Source: Octopus sinensis
Lineage: Eukaryota
DNA length: 64,000 nt
Assembly: GCF_006345805.1 (NCBI RefSeq)
Contig: NC_042998.1
Span: forward strand, 57,536,001-57,600,000
Reading direction: 5' to 3'
The position numbers and the translations under genes were made by a program. Position 1 is the stretch's first letter. Each line of letters opens with the position of its first letter. The notes under the pieces were generated by a model. That model was given only the letters and a program-made list of their open reading frames with translations. It did no database searches and was not told the origin of the DNA. Positions 37,691 to 50,509 of the stretch are shown one piece after another.

Positions 37691-38389
37691 TTTATTTCAG
37701 TTATTTCAGTAAATGGAAGGAAATTCATATTCTTATTACCTGCCCTGTTACTGTCACTATGCCATATATTGCCTTCCCCGTTACCATCAGCCATTAAAAA
37801 TTAAGACAACAGCGCTTACGACATCTTGTTGTGAAACATCACTGATTTCAAAACCATATTTTTAAAATATATGAAACTATATTTTTAAAAAATGTGAAAC
37901 ATTGAATTTCACATTTAGTTTTATCATAAAGATTTCAGTGCATTTAATCTATTTACGAATTCTCTGTGTTTGTGTGTGTATGTGTTTGTGTATGTGTGTG
38001 TTTTTGTTTGTGTATGTGTGTGTTTTTCTTTGTGTGTGTGTGTGCTTGTATATATATACTTGTACATATATACACATAGTTAATAAAAGAATATTTGTCA
38101 GTTACGTCATTCGTTGTTCACGACCATAGGTTTATTTTCTTTTTGATCCTTTACTTGTTTCAGTCATTACACTGCGTCCATGCTGGGGCACAGCCCAGAA
38201 TTTTTAGTCGAATAAATCAACACTAGTTTTTTAAAGCCTGGTACTTATTCTATCGGGCTCTTTAGTCGAACCGCTAATTTACAGGGACCCAATTACACCA
38301 ACACCGGTTGTCAAGCAGTGGTAGGTGAACAAACACAAGCACAAAGACACACATACATAGATATACCAACACGCAATCATACACAAATG

Positions 38390-38403
38390 CATGCATACAT
38401 ACA

Positions 38404-38485
<82 letters not shown>

Positions 38486-38575
38486 CATATATATATTATA
38501 TATATATACATATATTATATATATATACATATATATATATATATACATATTATATATATATATATATATACTATA

Positions 38576-38606
<31 letters not shown>

Positions 38607-38633
38607 TATATATATATAATATATATATATATC

Positions 38634-38664
<31 letters not shown>

Positions 38665-38673
38665 TATATATAC

Positions 38674-38746
<73 letters not shown>
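38390..38746. repeat. Long compound (CATA)n/(TA)n microsatellite
   Basis: Longest of dozens of (TA)n, (TG)n, (CATA)n and (GA)n tracts in the window. Confidence 0.95.
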
Positions 38747-38747
<1 letters not shown>

Positions 38748-38749
38748 GT

Positions 38750-39078
38750 GAAGGCGCATGACTCAGTGGTTAGAGAAAGTCGAGCCTAGATCGTGAGGTT
38801 GTGAGTTCGTATCCCAGACCGTGCTGCGTGTTGTGTTCTTGATCAAGACACTTAATTTCACGTTGTTCCCTCAGCAGTAGAAATGAGTTGCGACGTCACA
38901 GGTGCCAAGCTGTATCTGCTGTTGCCTCTCCCTTGGATAACACTGGTGGCGTGGAGAGAGGAGGCCGGTATGCATGGGTGACTGCTGGTTTTCCATAAAC
39001 AACCTTGCCCGGACTTGTGCCTGGGAGGGTAAACTTTATAGGTGCAATGTCATGGTCAGTCATGACCGAAGGGAGTTT
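38750..39078 (+). mobile_element. tRNA-derived CORE-like SINE
   Basis: A/B boxes followed by gttgtgttcttga.caagacactt (CORE-like). Its 3' end recurs inverted at 33100-33165. Related heads at 57992-58215 (+), 58250-58420 (+) and 10600-10746 (-). Confidence 0.75.
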
Positions 39079-39088
39079 CAGTGTACAT

Positions 39089-39126
<38 letters not shown>

Positions 39127-39127
39127 C

Positions 39128-39416
39128 ATTGAAATTTACAGAAAAACAAAAGACGGAGACATGTGTATAGGCAACGAACAGGTATATTAGTTTAACACTC
39201 GGGAGGGTGAGAAAATCTTTTACCTACGCTCTTCAACAGAAAGAAACACGAGGAAATAAACAGAGAGAGAATAAAAATTCTTATAGAGTTTCAGGTCAAT
39301 CTTGGCGACTGGCAAACTCGACCTATTAGGTACAGAAAAATAATTCTGTATGAACATATAGATATATCTGCAACGAATCACCGAGCAATTTTTAAAGTAT
39401 TTCCATTGTATCAACT
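39128..39416. mobile_element. Inverted pLTR-like segment (-) joined to a Penelope endonuclease 3' fragment (+)
   Basis: 39128-39280 matches 18475-18678 with part of the hammerhead deleted. 39331-39416 is closely similar to 37064-37147 of the Penelope element. Confidence 0.55.
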
Positions 39417-41958
39417 ATTCACTCAAAAGATTATAAAAGCTAGTAGAGAGTATAGGAGAAGGCACTTGCCCAAGGTGCCACGCACTTGGACTGAAGTTGG
39501 AACCATATGGTTGGGAATCAAACTTCTTACCACTCAGCAACGACAAGAGAGCACTAGTTGTGTCCGGATGGGTAAGGTGTTAATACTAGGCGTCGTATAT
39601 TGAAATATAGGGACTGTGTTAGAATTCAATAACATATGTGTATGTATGGACAGGGATACTCCTACTACCTTATGAGTGTATAGGGATCTCAGGGTACTTA
39701 ATCGAAATGTTTTCTAAGAATCTTAATTTTGACCTAGTGCAATGAAGGAATGTCTAAAAAGTTATATATATATATATTCTTTTATTTGTTTCATTAATTT
39801 GACTGCGGCCATGCTGGAGAATCGCCCTCAGTCGAACAAATCAACCCCAGGACTTATCCTTTGCAAGTCTAGAACTTATTTTATCGGTCTCTCTCTTGCC
39901 GAATTGTTAAGTTACGGGAACGTGAACACACCAACATCGCTTGTTAAGCGATGTTGGTTTGGGGGTAGGGGTGACAAACACAGACACACACACATACGAT
40001 GGGCTTCTTTCAGTTGCCGTTTACCAAATCCACTCACAACGCTTTGGTCCGTCCAAGGCTATAGTAGAAGACACTTGCCCAAGCCACTCCTGCGCCTGGT
40101 GAGTGTGATAGTACTAAGCAGTGATGTATATATATCCAAACTTGCCACCAGTTCAAATATGATTGAGGTATATTCTTAAGACATTCACTGTGTTTTGTCA
40201 AGGAGAAAGTTCTTACTGTAAGCAAATAGGTATAAATACATTGAGTCAGATCAATAGCCCTACCTAACCAACTTGTGGATGCATGCATCAATGTGTTTAC
40301 GCCTGTTTGTCTACGGCAAGAAATTTTCTTCATGACGAAACAGTGAATGGCTTCCTTACGGGTTCGAATATTCCTCAAGCATAGTACATAATTGCTTAGC
40401 GCTATCTCCGCGTATTTTATTTACGTTGAGCCCCCGAATAGCGCAACCAGTCACTGAGAGATGACGGGAATGTAATAAGAGGGACCTATTTCTCTGGTCA
40501 GTTCGTAGCGTCAGCTTTTAGGGTGTCTGTGACTGAGGAGGGGAAAACCACTCCGAAATGCATGCGTCCCACAGTCAGGTTAGGTGGCGCTGTCAGCAGA
40601 TTAACAGACCGTCGTAAGTCCTACAACTTAAAAACCGCGAAAAACGCAGTCAACGTTTAACGTATTTCAGCATGTGATATCTCCGCAAGGAATGAAGTCA
40701 GAAAGCTGGTTTTGGTCTTAAAATGACCGTGAAGACCTCCTCTAATTATTTACTTATGTATGCATCTGAAAGATGAAACAATGAGTGATTCTATCTCATT
40801 TTGTAGAATATACCGGTACTACGAAGCGGTGTATCGCGTTGCATATTTTAGCAATAATACCAACAAAAACACCCAGACACCCGCCCCAAAGGTATTTTTC
40901 TGTGTGTTAATATACTAAGGTAAGTATCTTTAAGAGATAAGTAAGACAAAATAGTAAGATTATGGTATATTATCGTTACGATGATAACGAGAAATATTAG
41001 AAAATGAGTCATAACACCTCGAAAAACGATACAAGGACCACACCAAATTTATTGATTGACCATGTGTGCTTACGATGGTATGTTACTAAACTCTCTGGTC
41101 TGAGTTTGGGTGAGCGAGCGTCGTGACAATAGCATCGAAGTACAATTTTTTTTCAGCCGGATTTTCGACCTTATTGCAAGCCTCAACTGTTCTTCCACCC
41201 AACTTTCTCGGATTCCAGACGTCGAGACAAAGAAAATGATATACTAACCTCAAAAATGGCCAGGGTGGCGCTTACAACACTCTGTTACTAAACGCTTCGA
41301 ATATATCAATTGTTCTTGCATTAGACACAGTAGAACAACTCTTTTACGACGATTATGCATTCATAACGCGCTCGATGCATTAGTTCAAGAGTTTCTGGGA
41401 TCCAGGAGTTTCGACATGTGTCTTGTCAGCCAGAACTACCCAGATAGTTGACTCTAATAAGAGCCGACAGATTCGTAATTTTAGTGAACAAAATTCTTCG
41501 TTGATCCATGCTGATATCTGCTAACCAATGACAAGGTAGACATTTTTGTTCTAGCCATCTAAAAGTAACCAAGAATAATTGCATTCATTTATGAGTTAGT
41601 TTTGAAAATTACGGTATTTTCGGTGTATTACTGCTGTGAATATAACTGTCTTTTTTTTATGAAATTTAATGACTAAAATGATTCGTGTACATTGTAATTA
41701 CTTCAGCTTTAACACGATTAAGTTAAATTTAGACAGACAAATATCACTCTAAAACATTTAAAACTGAATGAAAGCACGAAACATGGTTCTGCGATATCAC
41801 TATTCAACCGCATGGATTCGGGTTGAGTCCCACTGTCTGACCCCTTGGACAAGTGTCTTCTACAATAATCCAGAGCTACGCAAAGCTTTGTGAATGAACT
41901 TGGTAAACGGAATCTCATCGTAGATACGATATACTTTCCAATAGCTTCTGTTATATAT

Positions 41959-42035
<77 letters not shown>

Positions 42036-42078
42036 GTATGTATGTGTGTATGTATTATGTATATACATATAATTGCTT

Positions 42079-42559
42079 TCACGTTGCTAAAACTTGTTTT
42101 GACTCTTATTTCTAGCAATGCTCTTCCTTACTATCACCCTCCGTCACTTTAGGTGACAATTGCTCTTGTTGTCTATCGGTTCTAAATTGCAGATAGCCAG
42201 CTTAATAATTTATGGTTCTCGTTTCACCATTTTGAAAATCAGTCGATGTTTCCTATGGTATTATATATAAGGCTGACAAAGTGACTTGGGTTTTTTAATC
42301 CTCGGCAACAGAGTAATCGGTCACCAATGAAGACTGATTAAATCTTTAATCAGCGCTGATATAACTCCACCTCGCTTGTCGTACGGAGGAGCCTGCCTCC
42401 CTTGTCAACCGTTAGAAAAGTGTTCTCACGTGGCTAAGAGTTGTTTTGACTCTTATTTCTAGCAATGGTGGTGCTTACTAGCACCTTCCCTCATTTTAAT
42501 GTCAGCTGTACTTGTTGCCTATTGGTTCTAAACTACGAATAACTACCTTAATAATTCAT
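42079..42559. repeat. Partial head-to-tail duplication (~135-bp direct repeats, 347-bp period) between (TA)n tracts
   Basis: 42079-42213 resembles 42426-42559 (ttgttttgactcttatttctagcaatg ... ggttctaaa ... cttaataatt). Confidence 0.85.
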
Positions 42560-43485
42560 ATATATATATACATACATACATACATACATATATATATATA
42601 CATATACTTGCATACACGCACACACATGCACACACGCATACAAGCGCGCACACACGCACATACGTATACATAATTGTATATATGTATGTGTGTGTACTGT
42701 GGGTTTGCTCCTTCCACTGTTTGACAACCGATAATGATTTGCTTATGCCTGCGTAACTTAGCGGTTCGGCATAACAGAGTTGACAGAATAGGTACTAGAC
42801 TTTAAAAACTAAGCAAATACTGCGGTCAATTTGTTCGCATAAACTCTTGAAGGCGGTACCTCAGCAAGGCCACAACCCAACGAATAAAACAAGTCAACGA
42901 AAAAAGGTAAAAAAATGCAGTGTAGGCGGGTTTCTGATCTGGGAATTAAGTATTTCGAAGAACCACACACGAGAATCAGCCAACGAAGCAACGAACTCTC
43001 CTTTCTTTTGTTTCTTTCTCGCTGTCTCTTCACTCTGTTCTTCTCTCGCACTCTTACACGACAACAGAGTGAAAGTCGTCAATCTAGATGCTTAACTTCA
43101 GGAAATTTAGTCATAGTTACAGAGATAAAAACAACTGATTGTTTCACCGTGATTATTTTTGGCTCCTGCCCCTACCACTTCAACATAGCTCTATTTACAC
43201 CATCGCCATTAATTAGCATTGATCGTGACAGTTGACACACTAATCCCTGTTCTTTATGTAGGATGCTATTTTAAAATTTTTGCTAGCTTCCAGAACAGTG
43301 ACCTGCAAGCCAAACGGTATAAAAAGCGCTGGATGCGAGACTAAACTAGCGGGGTTTAATCAACCGACTTGCTTGATTGGTATTTGTTTTATCAAGTTGG
43401 CTTAATTAATTAAAAGAACTGTTGACTCTCCCCCGAGATTTGAAGATAATGTGAAAGAGGGTATGTCTGCAATGCAACAGGCTTT

Positions 43486-43563
43486 GCGGTTTGGCGGTTT
43501 GGTGGTTTGGTGGTTTGACGGTCTGGTGGTTTGGTGGCTTGGCAGTTTGGCGGTTTGGCAGTC
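43486..43563. repeat. 8-bp tandem repeat (GYGGTTTG), ~10 units
   Basis: Directly visible. Confidence 0.9.
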
Positions 43564-43807
43564 CAGCATTTCTAATAATGATTTGAATTATAGGCAGAAA
43601 GCTTATGTATCTCATTCATTTTAAAGACCTTGGAATGTAGAAAGGCAAACTTGTTCCTGACGAAATTTAAATGAGATCAGAAAGAATAGTAATTAAATAA
43701 CTAAATGGCATTTTCTTTGGTGCTCTGACTCTTCTGTCAACGACCACTTTTAATAATAGTGATATGATGATGAGGTTGATGATGGTATAAATAATCGTAA
43801 TAATAAA

Positions 43808-44353
43808 ATGCCCCTGAATCAATGCCAGGCACTGGCTCTAATGGCTTCTGATCTTAACTGATTGGAAGTGCTATCATGTTCATGCTTAATCTTGGTGTAA
43901 AAAATGGGCCACAGCAAATATTCTACTCAATATCACAGATATTCTTGTCAGTTGGTTGAACTTAACTAGTTGAGCATGTTCCTTGGTGGCTGACGATATA
44001 TGCATCTCTGATCACGAGCAGAAGTACTGGGGGAGCGTCATAGCCATGTGTTGAGAGGAATTCTTTGGGATTTGAATAATTCACGTCTGCAAACATGGGC
44101 GTTTCGTTCAACATCCTTAACCCTTATTCAGGGATCTTTTGAGCAGGATGGGCTACTCAACTTGAATGAAATTCTAACTGGGCCCACCTGCAATGTCATG
44201 CGCATCTTCAGTTGAAGTCACCATGCTGCGTATATATAGTTGTGATGCATCTACCTGGCGTACCCTTAACAGATGGGTAGTCACGATGGGTTTATTGGGC
44301 TTCGTATATTTGTACCCCACCGCCACTTTGATGGCATGCGCCGCTCTCTCACT
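43808..44353 (+). mobile_element. ~545-bp non-coding interspersed element between (AAT)n-like and (AAC/AAT)n tracts
   Basis: Sharp boundaries against trinucleotide repeats; no tRNA head, TIR or ORF. Confidence 0.45.
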
Positions 44354-44551
44354 CAACAACAACAACAACAACGACGACGACGACAACAATAACAACACTA
44401 ATAATAATAATAATATAATAATAATAATAATAATAAGGAGAAGAAGAAGAAGAAGAAGAACAACAACAACAACAACAGCAATAACAATAATAACAACAAC
44501 AATAATAATAATAACAACAATAATAAGAACAACAACAACAACAACAACAAC

Positions 44552-44611
<60 letters not shown>
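44354..44611. repeat. Compound (AAC)/(GAC)/(AAT)/(AAG) trinucleotide microsatellite
   Basis: Directly visible; similar compound tracts at 14611-14700, 20091-20237 and 22045-22215. Confidence 0.95.
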
Positions 44612-44612
<1 letters not shown>

Positions 44613-45835
44613 GATCAGAAAGTTCCTAGTAGGAGATGCATAGGTACTAAAGACCAATTATTAACAAACAAAATGGTAATGTGAGTTTGTAAGCGAAGGA
44701 AGACAAATTTAGGAATGATCTGGATTCATTACCGTGAAGCTTACGATATTTTTCACATTCATAGATCATTGAGTACTTAGATATGTTTGGAATTGCAAGG
44801 AATGTAACATGTTTCCTGAAGAGAAGTTTGGTAGGTTGGAAAACTGAATTGACATCGCACGAACAAAGCTTGGGCATCCTGGACATAGGTAGAAGTATTT
44901 GAAGGAGATAGCTTACCTTCGTTGCTTTTTGTACCTTGTGTGATGAACCCTCTGACCTTCGTACTGAGGATTGTGAACCTGGAATATCAGTTCAAAGGAA
45001 AACTCAAAGAATCAACCATTTCCTCTTCATAGATGATTTGATGCTGAATCGCAAAGATGAGATAGAAATGAGTTCCTTGGTGAACACGGTCCACTGTTTT
45101 AGTGCTGATATTAATATGGAATTCGAACTTAAGAAGAGTGGTATAGTGAAACTGAAAATAGGCAAGGTACAGTCCCTGCCAAGGATAGAAATATCAAATA
45201 GAGAAGTGGTGAAACATTGAAAAGGAAGACGATAAATACTTTGGCATACTAGAGTTCAGTGAAACCATGGAGAAGGAAATGAAAGAACAATTGAGAAAAG
45301 AATATTTCCGAAGACTAAGATTAGTGTTGCGCTCAAAATTGACGGGATGGAATATGATCCAAGCAGTAAATACATGAGCGATAACATCGCTACGGTATGG
45401 AGCTGGAATCATAAATTTGCAAAAGAATGAATTGATGAGTATGGATAAAACTACACGGAAAATATTGACAGTGGACGGAGCATTCCATCCCAACTGACAG
45501 GTTGTACTTGTCCAGAAGAAAGAATTAGGAGAGGTTTGTTCAGTTGTCGGGATTGTGTTGAAGCAGTGGAAAATGACTTAGGATGGTATGTCAAGAATGC
45601 AGTGGAACCATTGCTGAAACATGTGAAGAAGTGTGACATCATTAGAATTGATAATTGTGGGAAGAAACAGAAACTTTGAAAGAACATGTGGTATGACAAA
45701 ATTTAAAGAAACACATTGAAGATGTGGTATGACAATATTTTGGAAGGAGTTACTGAGAATGAAGATTTCAAAATCTTGTGGGATGTAATGATTCAGTGTG
45801 ACCATCAAATCAGGCTTCAGAAACCTGACATTGTT
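44610..45835 (+). mobile_element. Decayed R4/Dong-like non-LTR fragment
   Basis: GTKDQLLTNK, INHFLFIDDL, MEFELKK, KEYFRRLRLVLRSKL, ILWDVMIQCDH..KPDI. Starts directly after (AAT)n. Confidence 0.8.
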
Positions 45836-47806
45836 AATGGTGGTGATGGTGGCAGAAGTGGGATTTTCAGGTGTGTTTAATCGACAATTCGGTTTTCTTC
45901 TTTCTGTTTTTCATGCTCGTTGGTGTTGCTATGGTCTCCATGCTCATTGTTGCTGCTTCAGTCAGAATTCGTTGATGGTAGCGGTGGTAGTTTTGTTTTC
46001 ACACACCGTTTCATCAACGTTGATTTCATTTGTACTGTTGTTTTTGTTGGCATTGTTATTGTAGTTTTGAGCATTTTATGTGAGAAATTACAATTGTATT
46101 GACTGCTGGAGTAGCTAAATGCCCTCTGGATTTGCGAAGCCATATTTTCTTTTAATTTCTAATTTCTCTATTAAAAAGTTTTAAAAACCACAAAAAGATG
46201 CAAAACATTTCACATAACCAACTAGACTCAGAGAATGTTGGTTAGCTTAACAACAGAGAAAACAAAATTACTTTTTTTCACAACAAAATTCAGGAACAAC
46301 TTACGAGCTCGAAAGTACACAATAATAATAATGATGATGAAAATGATGATGGTGGTGTTGGTGGTGGTGATTAAAAGATGTGTTTTAACAGAAGCACGAT
46401 GCCTGCAATTTTGGATGGGGTGCATCAGTTGATTAAAATCAGTTCCAGTAGATGACTGGTACGTTATTTTATGGAATTGATTTTTTATCAGAACTATAAA
46501 ACAGCCATTTGAACAGAAAAGAAGATTTTATGTTTTAATTAAAATAAGAAAATTCAAATTTCGTCTGTGTGTTGTTTGTTATGAGAAAACCTCACCATTG
46601 ACTGCTGTAGATAAACAAGAAGTGTAAGATTGAATTTCATTAAATATAAGTTATATTAACAATATTGATGACGAGTCGCTGCTATTCTTTTTCGCCTCAT
46701 TAAACAGTATTTAACAATAGGAGAATTACTATCAATGACGTTTCTCTTTAGCCTAAGATCAACACTAATTGAATAGACACACGATCAAAGAAGAGACGTT
46801 TTCGATGGTTGCAGTAAATCTTCCGCCAGAACGTTCAACCTTGCTGTTCACACAGCTTGCTTAGAGATTCTGATAACATGCAGAGACTCTATTTTGATCG
46901 GCACCTAAATAAATTTTGTCGAGAAACTTTTCTATTCCGTCTAATTTATGAGATCAAACACAACGACAGAGATGCCATTTTACTCAGGATATTTTTCTTC
47001 ATCTCATTTAGTTGATTCTCTACATCACATAATCTACATTTTCTTCTAAAAACCGTAATTGACATCATAGTTCTCGGGCCTCAAAAATCTCTGAAGTATG
47101 GGGTTCGGAACATGAATCGATTTGTCTGGTATCTTGTATCACGATTCTCACTCTGGATTCACCAGAAAATTTTTGGACCACAATCATTTAATATACTCTA
47201 TCATAGCCAACAATTATTCTTTCCGACTTGATTTCAGCTATAACAGATAACACTATATATGTATGCATAGCATAAAATACAAAAACAATAGAGTGTGTAA
47301 GTTCTCATTAATCTAAGTGCCCATATATCTAATTGTGCTTGCCTCCAAGTAAAAAAAAAAAATTTCAGCTTACTTTTCAGATGTTAACATCTCATTCTCC
47401 CTCTTACCTGAATTTCTTTACCACCAGGTTCTTCTTTTCAATTAGAGTGGTTAGCTGGTCTTTAAGCACGCTGTATTAAGACTAATATATATCAAGACTT
47501 CTTTTAATTATTTTATCTAATATGGCCTCTTTAATTAGCATTCTGTGATGGAAACAGACTTGAACTTCGGATTGCTTGATGATTACTTTTCTATTCATCT
47601 CATAAATATTATATCTAAATAAAATGTGTAGTCTACATTTATTGCATCATATTCATGCCAGTTTTGTGCCTTAAGCTTATATAAATCCTACCTAGATAAG
47701 ACTTCCAGTCCGATGTAGCATAGCAAAGTAGGACGCTGTAGCAACCTAATCTGATAAGATATGTATCTAGGATTGCATTCCGACCTATGTGTAACAATAA
47801 ATAACA

Positions 47807-47966
47807 GTAGGAGTGGCTGTGTGGTAAGTAGCTTGCTTACGAAACACATGGTTCCAGGTTCAGTCCGACTGCGTGGCACCTTCAGCAAGTGTCTTCTGCT
47901 ATGGCCTCGGGCCGATAAAAGCCTTGTGAGTGGATTTGGTAGACGGAAACTGAAAGAAGCCCGTCG

Positions 47967-48057
<91 letters not shown>

Positions 48058-48275
48058 ATGTGTGTGTATATGTTTGTGTATCTATGTTCGTCCCCTCAAC
48101 ATCGCTTGACAACCGATGCTGGTGTGCTTACGTCACCGTAACTTAGCGGTTCGGCAAAAAGAGCACGATAAAATAAATACTAGGCTTACAAAAAATAAGT
48201 CCTGGGGTCGATTCGATCGACTAAAGGCGGTGCTCCAGCATGGCCACAGTCAAATGACTGAAACAAGTAAAAGAG
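47807..48275 (+). mobile_element. Bipartite SINE: tRNA/CORE-like left half, (TA)n(TG)n spacer, conserved right half, (GTAAAAGA)n tail
   Basis: Full-length copy of a family that recurs more than 10 times in the window. Confidence 0.85.
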
Positions 48276-48502
48276 TTGCGAATGAAAACCAAATCAGTAA
48301 AGCGACTGTCCATCAGTTCTATCTACTGTATGCGACTCTGGCAAATTATATTTCGTTGTTATCAACTGGAGGTAAAATTGGTAAGTTGGCCCATGTTTCA
48401 TTCAGCGCAATTAAATCTAATCATCAAACTCAAATAACGTTGCAAAGTCTATTTTATTAAATTGTCTGAAAGACTAAATAAAAAAATGAAAGAACTATAA
48501 GA

Positions 48503-49113
48503 ATCGGCAATTTCAACCAATCAATGACGTCTTTTGAGGTGAATACAATTACTACTGTTGCTTGCCAGCAAGTTCAACAACAACTTCCGGCGGTACGTGT
48601 ATTTGTTTACATTTGAAGAAGAAGATTGCCACTTTCTGTAAAATTTTAATTTTTTTTTATATATATGGGGTTAGGGCTAGGATTAGGGGTGGGGGAAGGG
48701 TATCTTTTTTCTTCAGAAATGTAAATAAGCTGCAAATATAAACATTTTATGGCCATAAACTGATGGGTCACTCGTAAACAGAGCTGGATAACAAAACCGT
48801 TCTCTCATTTAGTGTCCACCCATAATTATAACCCTAGTATCGATCTCGAAATAGACACCGCCGGAGGTTGTTGTTGATCTGGCTGGCAAGCAACAGCAGT
48901 AATTGTATTCATCTCAATAGACGTCATTGATTGGTTGAAATTGCCGAAATACAAGAAATTAAACAAGAAATAGCTTACAAACTACATAATTTTCTCAAGA
49001 ACGCCAAGAGAAAAAGATGTTTTATGTGACACATTCTACCAGTATACGAAGTTTAAACGTATTTAGTAACAAAGAAATTATTTTAAAAATCTGCCGGTCA
49101 AACGGAAAAGATC
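48503..49113. mobile_element. Second copy of the G-run TIR element, with a ~95-bp internal inverted repeat
   Basis: 48503-48595 is inverted relative to 48856-48948. Right end CTGCCGGTCAAACGGAAAAGATC. Shares several blocks with 34185-34635. Confidence 0.7.
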
Positions 49114-49161
49114 CAAGCGTAAGATTGTAGCAAAAATGAGCAACAAGAACGAAATACATAT

Positions 49162-50509
49162 TAGTACTTTGTGCCGTAGCCTTTCTTCTTAATAACTACT
49201 GAACAACGCCTCGGCATTGAATTCGCTAAGTGATTACAAAATCCTATCGGAATGTTTTGCCATATTTCATTGCTATAATCGAATAATTCTTTTAGATTAG
49301 ATGTTTTTTTTTAGCATAGACTTTTTTGGAAACATAATGCCACAAGTTCTCGATCGGATTCAGGTCCGAGCTCTGGGTAGGCCATTCGATTACGTCAATA
49401 TTATGATGATCAAAAAATTCCATAACCCTTTTGGCTTTGTGCACAGGACTATTGTCCTGCTGATAAATAGCCCCCGGAGGCATTTGGTTAGTCAGATATG
49501 GCACAACATTATCCTTTAATAGATTCATATAACCTACACTATTTAGCTTTCCATCAACTTTAACTAGAGCGCCAGCACCAAAACTACTAAATGCCGCCCA
49601 CATCATCACATCCCCATCCCCCACTTGCGCCGTCCTTTTCTCGCATTTCGGATGGAATTCCTCGGTTGGGCGACGTCTGACGTATGTTTTACCACCTGAT
49701 CCAAATATACAGAAACGTGAATCGTCACTCTAAAGGACCCTGCACCAATCTTCAGCAGTCCATTGAGCATGTTTTTTTGCGAAATTAAAGCGTTTCAGTA
49801 GATTTCTTTCGGATATTATTGGCTTTTTCCTAGCGATTCGTCCACGTGTCCAAATTCTCTCAAATGGTGGCGGACGGTTTGTGGTGTAAAAATAACAACA
49901 CCATTCTCTTTGGACAATTGTTTACATATGTCAACAGCTGTCAGCATTCGGTTGCCTTCCGAAAGTCGGTGGATTCGACGGTCCAACTACGTCGTCGTTT
50001 TTCTTGGGGCGCCAGTCTTTTACCGATCTTTATATTGACCAGTCTCCGAGTATAACTTCTACGCTTGCACGCAAGCCGTTTCACTGCACTTTAGTTGCTT
50101 GCTGATGTTCAAAAAGGAAGCATTTTGCTGGTTGAGTAATACGATGTTTGCTCTCGTGATTGGACTGAGGCTACGTTGTTTTCCCAATATTAATCAATTG
50201 TATAATAACGATAAATTATAACACTATATAGTGCAGTTAGGCTAGTTGTGTGACTACCCATTTTGACAAAAAAATTTGCATACATATTACATGGTCTTAA
50301 ACTAATTTTGCCGGTAAATTTGAAACGTTTCTATTAATTTAGCATTAGAATTCCAAGTTGTATAAAAATAGTTATTGTCTGCATCATTCGAAAGAAAGAA
50401 ATTCTGCATAAAATATAAAAGATATAAATAATTTGTATGGTGTTAGTAACAAAATATTTTGTAAGAAATAGAACTTTTATTATCGGTCTTCAATTTATTT
50501 TCGCCAGTG
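49162..50509 (-). mobile_element. Tc1-like (DD34E) transposon, transposase disrupted, one end visible
   Basis: SDDSRF, VMMWAAFS, QQDNSPVH..WPTQSSDLNPIENLW, C-terminal GYGTKY. Terminus CAGTG|TA at 50509 and an inner direct repeat near 50293 (IR/DR layout). Confidence 0.9.

Noticed and set aside
38279-38789. Long YI/HT/CV/MYVC-type ORFs here and throughout the track
   Set aside because: Translations of (TA)n, (CA)n and (TATG)n microsatellites.
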